A stretch of DNA of 64,000 nucleotides from Candidatus Woesearchaeota archaeon. Its GTDB lineage: Archaea > Nanobdellota > Nanobdellia > SCGC-AAA011-G17 > JACPNG01. Shown piece by piece: positions 56,840-64,000 of this stretch. A program made the position numbers and the translations under genes. The stretch spans positions 1,954-65,953 of the forward strand of contig JACPNG010000025.1 of NCBI GenBank assembly GCA_016185605.1, written 5' to 3'. Within the stretch, counting starts at the first letter, position 1; the number at the start of each line of letters is the position of its first letter. The notes under the pieces are model-generated. The model was not told where the DNA came from. It was given only the letters and a program-made list of their open reading frames with translations, and did no database searches.

Positions 56840-56890
56840 TTTTACAATTCTTAAAACACTATTTTTAAAACTTTCTTTTATATAAAAGAA

Positions 56891-57133
56891 CTAAGAAGCC
56901 TTCTTTAACGCCTTTTCTAAAGCTATTTTATCAAATCCTATAATAATCTGTCCATCAATGTCTATTACTGGAACGCCCATCTGTCCGGATTTTTGTATCA
57001 TTTCATCAGCTGCTTTCTGATTAGAGCCAACATCCACTTCAGTATACTTAACATTATTGCTTTTGAAAAACTCTTTTACTTTAGCGCACCATGGACAGGT
57101 CTTTGTAGTAAAAATTTTAATTTTTTTAGCCAT
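56891..57133 (-). CDS. glutaredoxin/NrdH-like protein
   Basis: TKTCPWCAKVKEFF CxxC and GVPVIDIDGQIIIGFD. Confidence 0.75.
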   Translation of the reverse strand: MAKKIKIFTTKTCPWCAKVKEFFKSNNVKYTEVDVGSNQKAADEMIQKSGQMGVPVIDIDGQIIIGFDKIALEKALKKAS

Positions 57134-57190
57134 ATTAATCTTATAATGAATTATTCTTTTATTTTATAAAGATTATCTTTAACATGAAAA

Positions 57191-57370
57191 TTAATCATTT
57201 AAATGGCTGACAGGGCATTTTTCATTGCTATAATCGCAAAATACACAACAGCTCTTTTTAGCTTTTATTATTTTACTGCAGTTGGAGCATTTAAAGAATG
57301 GCAGACACATATTATCTGGAATATCTAAATCTATAGTATATTTGCATTCTGGACATTTCAATTCTGCCAT
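57191..57370 (-). CDS. small Cys-rich zinc-ribbon protein (59 aa)
   Basis: Manual translation MAELKCPECKYTIDLDIPDNMCLPFFKCSNCSKIIKAKKSCCVFCDYSNEKCPVSHLND; below the ORF-track size cutoff. Confidence 0.4.
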   Translation of the reverse strand: MAELKCPECKYTIDLDIPDNMCLPFFKCSNCSKIIKAKKSCCVFCDYSNEKCPVSHLND

Positions 57371-57685
57371 TTAATAATTATATCTGGAATTTCTAACAGA
57401 GTATCTTTTATTATGATAATATCTGTTAATTCCATCCCCTCTATCATAATTATATCTAGTCCTTGTGTATCTGCTGGAAGGTCTGTAATAACTGCTCCTT
57501 GAATGGCCATCATTGTTTATTATAATGTTGTGATGAATATTATAATTGTTGTTTATGATGACTATATCCTTGTGGTTTTTTGGATTCTGATCATCATATC
57601 TCCCGTATTTATTTGTAGTGTGATAAGCTTCGACATTTCCAGCTAATAATAATATCAAAATAATAAAGATAATTGCTTTTTTCAT
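57371..57685 (-). CDS. secreted low-complexity Asn/Tyr/Arg/His-rich protein
   Basis: Signal peptide MKKAIIFIILILLLAGNVEA then NNNYNIHHNIIINNDGH and RYTRTRYNYDRGDGINRYYHNKRYSVRNSRYNY. Confidence 0.4.
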   Translation of the reverse strand: MKKAIIFIILILLLAGNVEAYHTTNKYGRYDDQNPKNHKDIVIINNNYNIHHNIIINNDGHSRSSYYRPSSRYTRTRYNYDRGDGINRYYHNKRYSVRNSRYNY

Positions 57686-57743
57686 AATTTTATTGTATAC
57701 AATAGGTTTATATAATTTATGAATATAATTATTTTATAAAAGC

Positions 57744-57887
57744 TTATTTTACAGCATATTTTGTTATATTAATATTGCAACTTTTATATTTTCTGCACCA
57801 ATCATGGCATTTTTTAGCTAATGATTTTGTTTTGTATTTGAATTTGCATATACTGCATTCATATATTATTTCCTTTCTTTTTTTCAT
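57744..57887 (-). CDS. small zinc-ribbon protein (47 aa)
   Basis: Manual translation MKKRKEIIYECSICKFKYKTKSLAKKCHDWCRKYKSCNINITKYAVK (C-x2-C-x12-C-x3-C). Confidence 0.35.
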   Translation of the reverse strand: MKKRKEIIYECSICKFKYKTKSLAKKCHDWCRKYKSCNINITKYAVK

Positions 57888-57901
57888 CTTTTTTAACATC
57901 C

Positions 57902-58354
57902 TTATTTTTTAAAACCTCCAACTAAATAAACAGCTAACAAAAGGATTCCAATACTAATAAGATTAAAAATACTATTATATCTAATTAATATTCCGGCTGC
58001 AGCTGCAGGCAAAAATAAGGTAGTTAATGAGACACAAGCTCCGCATTGTGGAATAAAAACAGCCAAAATGCTTCCTAAACCAGCACTTCCGCTGCTTCCT
58101 TTTATGCTGCATGCCCTATTTCTAAAATTATAAATATTGAGCGATATAACCAACCCGAATAAAATAGAGAATATTAGGTATAATATAAAATTTAGGATTG
58201 ATTGATTTAAGATAACCTCATACCAAAAAAAATAATTATAAAACCCACCGTTTAAGATTACTTGTAAATAAGGATACACTAAAACCATTGCTATAGCTGA
58301 GATTAAGGCTATAAATGCATATTCTTTATTCCTTAATATTGTTATTACCTTCAT
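57902..58354 (-). CDS. 4-TM membrane protein with intramembrane CxxC (possible thiol-disulfide membrane component)
   Basis: Four hydrophobic helices; FIPQCGACVSLTTLFLPAAAAG motif in/near the third hydrophobic helix. Confidence 0.45.
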   Translation of the reverse strand: MKVITILRNKEYAFIALISAIAMVLVYPYLQVILNGGFYNYFFWYEVILNQSILNFILYLIFSILFGLVISLNIYNFRNRACSIKGSSGSAGLGSILAVFIPQCGACVSLTTLFLPAAAAGILIRYNSIFNLISIGILLLAVYLVGGFKK

Positions 58355-58363
58355 TTTTATTTA

Positions 58364-59356
58364 TTATTTAGTATATAATTCAGTATCTGGATGGAACGCT
58401 GCCCATGAAAACCAAAATGAGATTACTGGGATTATTTCTTTATTATTATCTTCGTTTTTAAATCTAACCCTTCCAAACTTATCCTTGTTGATTTCTAGAT
58501 TTATACTATTAAATGTATCTTCTATTATAGAATCTTTTTCAAATTTATCATCTGGATATGCTTTAAATTTATCATTAACCTCAATGCCATATACTATAGT
58601 TTTTGGATGTAGTCTATTATCTGTATTCTCTACTGGAAAATAAACAGCTGTATTTTTATAATAATCCCCGTAAGGATCCCTTTCATAGTCTCTTACAAAT
58701 CCTGTATCTCTGCTTAGAACTTTGGTATTAGGATGTAATTTTTTCCAGTCTTTCCATTGGATTGTGTCAATTGGAACTTTTTTTAATTCTGAACCAGTTA
58801 GCTCTCCAATAATGGCTCTTCCTGTTTCCTGAGACCAATAAGAGTTTGTTGCTCTATCATACATAACTAAGTTATTGTTGTATAATTTTCCAGATGTACC
58901 AAATTCTACAGCTCTTCCATTAATCTCCCTCTCAAATGATATGCCAGTAAAACATAGGGGGCAGTATGTCACTAATATGGGTTTATTATCTATAAAATCA
59001 TTTACAACTTCATGCCAAACTAATATCGACAATGGATATGCTCTAACATCATCCTCAATTTCTATGCCTAAAACAAATTCTTCATCATCTAAAAATTCAT
59101 CTGCTTCTTGTATAGAAATGAATTTAGGATTATCTATGCTTGGGATTCCATCTTTAGGCGAACCCCCGCTTAATATCTTATCTGGATGTATTATATATTT
59201 AGTTCCATCATCTAATATTTTTATTTCATTTTTAGATTCTTCTGGAATTTTTACTTCTCCCAAATCAATTTCTTCAGTTGGACTTTGGCTATATTCAGTG
59301 CATCCAGCTATGAAAATCACCCCAAATAATATTAAACCAAAAAATATTTTTTTCAT
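58364..59356 (-). CDS. DUF3179-family lipoprotein
   Basis: Lipobox FIAGC; YPLSILVWHEVVNDFIDNKPILVTYCPLCFTG...FGTSGKLYNNNLVMYDRATNSYWSQ core matches the DUF3179 pattern as recalled. Confidence 0.55.
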   Translation of the reverse strand: MKKIFFGLILFGVIFIAGCTEYSQSPTEEIDLGEVKIPEESKNEIKILDDGTKYIIHPDKILSGGSPKDGIPSIDNPKFISIQEADEFLDDEEFVLGIEIEDDVRAYPLSILVWHEVVNDFIDNKPILVTYCPLCFTGISFEREINGRAVEFGTSGKLYNNNLVMYDRATNSYWSQETGRAIIGELTGSELKKVPIDTIQWKDWKKLHPNTKVLSRDTGFVRDYERDPYGDYYKNTAVYFPVENTDNRLHPKTIVYGIEVNDKFKAYPDDKFEKDSIIEDTFNSINLEINKDKFGRVRFKNEDNNKEIIPVISFWFSWAAFHPDTELYTK

Positions 59357-59940
59357 AGTATTTTTTTGCTTCTTTCTCTTATTTCCTCTAGAGCCATAGG
59401 ACCTATTTTCTTATCCCTAATAATTCCATCTTTATCAACAAATAATGTGACAGGCATTCCAAACCCAAAGAATGTTGAATAAAAAGAATCATCTGGATCT
59501 TGAACAATAGGATCTGTTACAGGGGTTCCTTTGGCTTTAAAATCCTCTAGATAGGAATTTGCTCTATTTGGATTCTCTGTCTTTGTTCTATGAACGAATA
59601 TAACAACTAAATCTTCATTTTCATTTGATGCTTGCTGTAAATCTGGAATTTCATCAATGCAAAAAGGACACCATGCAGCCCATGCATTAATAATTACCCC
59701 TTTTCCCTTAAAATCGCTTAATCTGACTAAGTTGCCACTAAAATCCCTTAACTCTATGTCTGGAGCTAATTGTCCTATTGATGTTCCCCTCTCTTCATTA
59801 TCTGAAGACCCTATTACTTCTGATTCTATGGATTTTTGTTTAAATGGATTCTGAATTAACAAGATGACTGCAATAATTATTATCGCTACTATTCCTAACA
59901 GTATATTTTTAGCTTTCATCTTAACCAAATGTAAAAGCAA
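59353..59940 (-). CDS. membrane-anchored TlpA/ResA-like thiol-disulfide oxidoreductase
   Basis: N-terminal TM then thioredoxin fold with WAAWCPFC. Confidence 0.75.
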   Translation of the reverse strand: MLLHLVKMKAKNILLGIVAIIIIAVILLIQNPFKQKSIESEVIGSSDNEERGTSIGQLAPDIELRDFSGNLVRLSDFKGKGVIINAWAAWCPFCIDEIPDLQQASNENEDLVVIFVHRTKTENPNRANSYLEDFKAKGTPVTDPIVQDPDDSFYSTFFGFGMPVTLFVDKDGIIRDKKIGPMALEEIRERSKKIL

Positions 59941-61015
59941 AAAACTGGAATTTATTTTTCACTTTTAATGTTAACAAATAACTTCCATAATCTCCATCTA
60001 TAATATTATATAGCCTCGGCTCATCAATTTTAATTATTCCTTTTCCATCTTTGATTAATACATCATTTCCAGCTTGTTCTTTAATAATAGGATTATTATT
60101 AATTAAAATCTCTATTTCCTGCTCTTCCCCAGAATCTGCCACAATATTGACAGATGACGCTGTAAATAATAATTTAACTTTTCCATCTATTCCTGTATGC
60201 AATAAATCATCCTTGCCATTAAACCATGATCCTTGCAGATAAATCCTGTTTGGTATAAACTCATCAACATCTTCGTAATTAACTATTTTTTCAGGCTGAT
60301 AATTTTCTTTATTGCCTAAAATCTGTCCTCTGGGAACTGCAAATGAATAACCAGCATAAGTTTCTGGTGTAATTGGCTTTCTTTCTTGAATTTCTTCTTT
60401 AGTGAGTTCTAAATCTATAGATTCCCCCATATCTTCTAACAACTCTTGTATTTTCATTTCAGTTTCTTCATAACCACCCTCTCCAATATGATCATATCTA
60501 ATGTAGCCGTCTTTATCTATTAAATATTTATGCGGCCAATATCTGTTATTGAATGCTCTCCATGTCAAATAGTCATTATCCTGTACAACAGGGTATTTAA
60601 TTCCAAATTTTTCCACCCTTTGCTTTACATTATTATAATCCTTCTCAAATTCAAACTCTGGAGTATGGACTCCTACTATTACTAGGCCTTTATCTTTATA
60701 TTTTTCATCCCAATTTTTCAGATAAGGCAATGTTCTTATGCAATTAATGCATGAATATGTCCAAAAATCAATTAAGACTACTTTTCCCCTTAATTCATTA
60801 AGTGTTATACTCTCTGTATTTATATATCCAGATATACCAACCAATTCTGGAGCCTTTTCATATCCTACTTTTAAGGCATTATCTAATCCTATTTCTGATA
60901 AACTTTGTTCTATATCAAAATTCGGTTTTACTTTTATAGATTCTAGATAATATATCAAGGTCACTATTACAATTAAAGCAGCAATTAATAAAATATATCT
61001 TTTATTCTTCAACAT
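59921..61015 (-). CDS. TlpA-like thioredoxin-fold protein with ~170-aa C-terminal beta-rich domain
   Basis: N-terminal TM, WTYSCINC CxxC thioredoxin domain, extra C-terminal domain. Confidence 0.65.
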   Translation of the reverse strand: MLKNKRYILLIAALIVIVTLIYYLESIKVKPNFDIEQSLSEIGLDNALKVGYEKAPELVGISGYINTESITLNELRGKVVLIDFWTYSCINCIRTLPYLKNWDEKYKDKGLVIVGVHTPEFEFEKDYNNVKQRVEKFGIKYPVVQDNDYLTWRAFNNRYWPHKYLIDKDGYIRYDHIGEGGYEETEMKIQELLEDMGESIDLELTKEEIQERKPITPETYAGYSFAVPRGQILGNKENYQPEKIVNYEDVDEFIPNRIYLQGSWFNGKDDLLHTGIDGKVKLLFTASSVNIVADSGEEQEIEILINNNPIIKEQAGNDVLIKDGKGIIKIDEPRLYNIIDGDYGSYLLTLKVKNKFQFFAFTFG

Positions 61016-61751
61016 CTTTTTTAGTTATTGTTGTTCCCAAATAAGCTAAGAATGCCGGTATTAATGGAAGCACACAGGGGCTTAAAAATGAGCCCAAACC
61101 AGCCAGAAATGAAATCCCTATTCCCAATCTGGATGATGAACTAGAGCCTTCATTGCTTATTGATTGTAAAATATCAGTTAAGAATGGAATAGAGGCTATT
61201 CTAGATAGCTGATTAGTAAACACTAAGATTCCCAATAATATCAAAACAGCCCCAAAAATATAATTAAAATATTTTAACCAAGATCCGGATTTACTAATAA
61301 GATCAGATACCCTATCTGTAAATAACCCCACTGTTAAAAACGGAATTCCTAATCCAATAGAATATGAAAATAAAAACCAGAAGGCACTACCCGGATTTGT
61401 AACTGCTAATGTTAGTATTGCCCCTAAAATTGCTCCGACACAAGGAGTCCAGCCGACTGCAAAAGCAGAACCAAAGACAAAAGATGTTAGATAAGAATAT
61501 TTAAACCTCTTTTTAACCTTTATTTTATGCTCTCTTTCTAATAATGGTATTTTTATTAATCCTAGTAAATAAATTCCAAATAAGATTATTATTGTCCCTC
61601 CGATATAACCGAGCCAAATCTGGACATTGTATGATACATTTCTTAATGCGCTTTGTAATAGCACCCCCAATAAAGAAAATACTACTGTAAATCCCAAAAC
61701 GAAAAATAAGCTATTTATGAAAACTCCAGTCTTTGCCATCCAACACCCCAT
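61002..61751 (-). CDS. ccdA: CcdA/DsbD-family thiol-disulfide transmembrane electron transporter
   Basis: Two conserved Cys in TM segments (GWTPCVGAILG and LSPCVLPLIPAFLAYL). Confidence 0.8.
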   Translation of the reverse strand: MGCWMAKTGVFINSLFFVLGFTVVFSLLGVLLQSALRNVSYNVQIWLGYIGGTIIILFGIYLLGLIKIPLLEREHKIKVKKRFKYSYLTSFVFGSAFAVGWTPCVGAILGAILTLAVTNPGSAFWFLFSYSIGLGIPFLTVGLFTDRVSDLISKSGSWLKYFNYIFGAVLILLGILVFTNQLSRIASIPFLTDILQSISNEGSSSSSRLGIGISFLAGLGSFLSPCVLPLIPAFLAYLGTTITKKDVEE

Positions 61752-61878
61752 TATAGTAAATATAAATTTAAGGTATATATAATAGTTTTTATCCTTAACC
61801 TGTTTAATTAAAACTTTGTTTTAATAGTTAAAACATAAGTTTTAAATAATAAACTCTTATTTATTAAAGAAACAATAT

Positions 61879-62511
61879 ATGAAAAATATAATTATTGCTC
61901 CTGTTGGCGACAATATGGGCGCTTTATTTGTTGGACTAAGAGAGTTTCCGACAGAAAGAATAATATTATTATCCCCAGAATCCAGGTTAGATGAGGCTGA
62001 AAAAGTCAAAGATGATTTGGATAAATTTAAGATTTCAACAAAGATAATAGAGATAAAAGGGAATGTATGGGAAGATATATTTGCTAAAGTAGCCGAGATC
62101 AAAAAGCTGGAAAAAGACAGAAACATAATCATTAATACAGCCACAGGAGATAGAACAACAACATGCGCAGCCACTTCCGCTGCTTTTGTCAATGGTTTAA
62201 AGGCAATATCTGTTGAGGGCAATGAAGCCATGCTACTGCCTGTATTAAAATTCTCCTATTATAAGATATTAACAGATAAAAAATTAAATATCCTAAATCT
62301 TCTGTATAAAGAAAACTGTTGCGCTTCATTGGAAGAGTTAAGTAAAAGAGCCAATATGTCCCTGCCTTTAATATCATATCATATTAATGGAACTTTAAAA
62401 TCTGAGGGGTTAAAAGAGCTCGGCTTGGTAGAAACAATAGAAAAAAAAGGAAAAATAGACATTAAACTGACAACCATGGGCAGATTGCTGATAAAAGGCT
62501 ATGTCAACTAG
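61879..62511 (+). CDS. csa3: Csa3-like CARF-wHTH transcriptional regulator
   Basis: N-terminal Rossmann-like CARF (IIIAPVGDN..., RIILLSPES, INTATGDRTTT) and C-terminal wHTH (KKLNILNLLYKENCCASLEELSKRANMSLPLISYHINGTLKSEGL) are collinear with Sulfolobus Csa3 as recalled. Confidence 0.6.
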   Translation: MKNIIIAPVGDNMGALFVGLREFPTERIILLSPESRLDEAEKVKDDLDKFKISTKIIEIKGNVWEDIFAKVAEIKKLEKDRNIIINTATGDRTTTCAATSAAFVNGLKAISVEGNEAMLLPVLKFSYYKILTDKKLNILNLLYKENCCASLEELSKRANMSLPLISYHINGTLKSEGLKELGLVETIEKKGKIDIKLTTMGRLLIKGYVN

Positions 62512-62619
62512 GATTTTTTCATTTGATTTCCACAGCAGTTCTTTTGTTTATCTGATGCATGTCCGCACATCTCACATTGATATTTTGTTTTCTTGGTTTT
62601 TGCTTTCATTTTTACCCCC
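62508..62619 (-). CDS. small Cys-rich peptide (36 aa) MKAKTKKTKYQCEMCGHASDKQKNCCGNQMKKS
   Basis: GGGGGT 5 nt upstream of the ATG; convergent with csa3 and overlapping its stop by 4 nt. Confidence 0.3.
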
Positions 62620-62751
62620 TTAAATTTTATTTTGCATTGTTTCAGCAAAGCAATATTTATTCTTTTCCTTTAACTAATAAAAGCCCAATGTTGTGATTAA
62701 GCACAAAAGCTAAATAATATTGATTGACTCTATAACAATAAATATATAGGG

Positions 62752-62991
62752 GTGATAAAAATGGCACAAGATATAGTGCAAAAAAAAGAATTTAAATATA
62801 ATGTATGCATCTTAGATAATGAATATATCTATATGACTACAATATGTCCAATATGCGGCATAACTGAATTAGAGCATTTTATACCAATGTATGATGAAGA
62901 ATATATGGATGCATTGGAAAAATCTTGTCTGGAATGCATTCATATAATTGAAGAATATGAAAAAAGCATCAACGAAATATATAATGAATAA
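62752..62991 (+). CDS. small Cys-rich (zinc-finger-like) protein
   Basis: 79 aa with Cys pairs CPIC and CLEC. Confidence 0.35.
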   Translation: MIKMAQDIVQKKEFKYNVCILDNEYIYMTTICPICGITELEHFIPMYDEEYMDALEKSCLECIHIIEEYEKSINEIYNE

Positions 62992-63085
62992 ATAGGATAA
63001 TAAAAAATTTATTTTATACTTTTACAGTTCCCATTAATTCACAAAGAAAACAAATTTCCTTATGAATTTATAAATATTATAGCGT

Positions 63086-63958
63086 TTACTTTTCCTTTAA
63101 TAAATCTATTCTCATTCTGGTGAAGTTTGCTATCTTATAAACACAATCCTTAACAAAATAAGCAGCCAAAATTTCTTCTTTCCTAAGGTCTTTGGTAAAT
63201 ATGCTGTCAAATGCATTCTTTATTTCACCATAGATACCAAGCTCCTTATTGGCTTTATCCTTTGTAGCCTCGTAAAAATATGAATAGCAAGCCTCGTAAT
63301 GGTCCAATAATAGTCTTAAAAGATTTAATATATCCTTGTTTTTTCTCTTTGTTTTAGTAAGATAAGAAGCTAAATCCTTTAAGCCGTCTCCATATCTTTC
63401 CAGCATTGTTATCAAGAAATATAATATATTCTCATCCTCGTTATTTTTTAAATCGAGTGTTTCCCTGTTTATTTTTCTCAGGCACAAGAAACATAGTCTA
63501 TTTACTTCTAAATCCTTTAAATGAATATTTTTTAATGCATTTTTGTCTCCTTTCGAGTATGCCTCATAAATCATCTCTAGCATGCTCTTTAATGTAAGAA
63601 ATGCCTTCCTTAATGAATTGTCAAACTCCAGATCTATTTTCTGGGAGATTGATTGTATTAAACAGCTTTTGTCATCCTGCTCTACAATTTCATATCCTAT
63701 TAACTGAGGAACTTGTTTTTGTATTTTTTCCAGTAATTTTAAGTCATTATGCTTCAGAAAAATCTTATCATATCCTTTTAGATAGAATATAACCAATAAT
63801 GGATGCATTAATTCCAATGATAAATTTGAGATGTCCTTTGAGATTTCTAAATCAGTTTTAATAGAATCTGTGCTAATCAATAAAGTCTTGCTGTTTTCAT
63901 TAACTTCTAGCTCATCTCCTTTGTTAATTCCATATTTTTTTACCCAGTTAGTCGGCAA
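63086..63958 (-). CDS. AbrB/SpoVT N-terminal domain + PhoU-like helical domain regulator
   Basis: MPTNWVKKYGINKGDELEV swapped-hairpin N-terminus followed by ~250 aa helical repeats. Confidence 0.5.
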   Translation of the reverse strand: MPTNWVKKYGINKGDELEVNENSKTLLISTDSIKTDLEISKDISNLSLELMHPLLVIFYLKGYDKIFLKHNDLKLLEKIQKQVPQLIGYEIVEQDDKSCLIQSISQKIDLEFDNSLRKAFLTLKSMLEMIYEAYSKGDKNALKNIHLKDLEVNRLCFLCLRKINRETLDLKNNEDENILYFLITMLERYGDGLKDLASYLTKTKRKNKDILNLLRLLLDHYEACYSYFYEATKDKANKELGIYGEIKNAFDSIFTKDLRKEEILAAYFVKDCVYKIANFTRMRIDLLKEK

Positions 63959-64000
63959 GGAGATTATATAAGTAGATGGCCCGTGCTTTACAACCCTTCT

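Noticed and set aside
61800-64000. CRISPR array near csa3.
   Set aside because: No direct repeats of 24-40 nt with regular spacing are visible in the intergenic stretches 61752..61878, 62620..62751 or 62992..63085, or anywhere else in the window.

Overview
The window is AT-rich (~30% GC), compact and gene-dense, and is clearly archaeal. It carries FtsZ, a secE-spt5-rpl11 cluster, archaeal-type PheS/PheT, the proteasome/exosome/RNase P superoperon (pop5, psmA, sdo1, rrp4, rrp41, rrp42) followed by rpoK, and uS2. Small proteins, split or missing conserved genes and scattered toxin-antitoxin pairs suggest a reduced DPANN-like genome. Housekeeping genes make up most of it: pheST, split trpS, hisS with an adjacent tRNA-His, purB, glmS, gdh, trxB, and ABC, APC, MscS, VIT and MgtC transporters. 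The accessory content includes four type II TA loci (one RelE, three VapBC), a 897-aa surface subtilase, an outer-membrane-like beta-barrel protein, and a full-length bacterial-type RelA/SpoT (RSH) next to a diglycine SAMP/ThiS-like protein. There is also a seven-gene extracytoplasmic thiol-disulfide cluster (CcdA, two TlpA-like thioredoxins, DUF3179, a CxxC membrane protein, a glutaredoxin) interleaved with tiny zinc-ribbon proteins, and an orphan Csa3 (CARF-wHTH) regulator. The points most worth a second look are: an enolase ortholog that sits in the usual rpoK-eno position but has lost key catalytic residues and is fused to the exosome operon; tRNA-His with an encoded G-1 directly upstream of hisS; an archaeal RSH; and a Shine-Dalgarno-driven 29-aa peptide with a ribosomal-stalk-like acidic tail upstream of mgtC. 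No CRISPR array, rRNA, integrase or transposase was seen.
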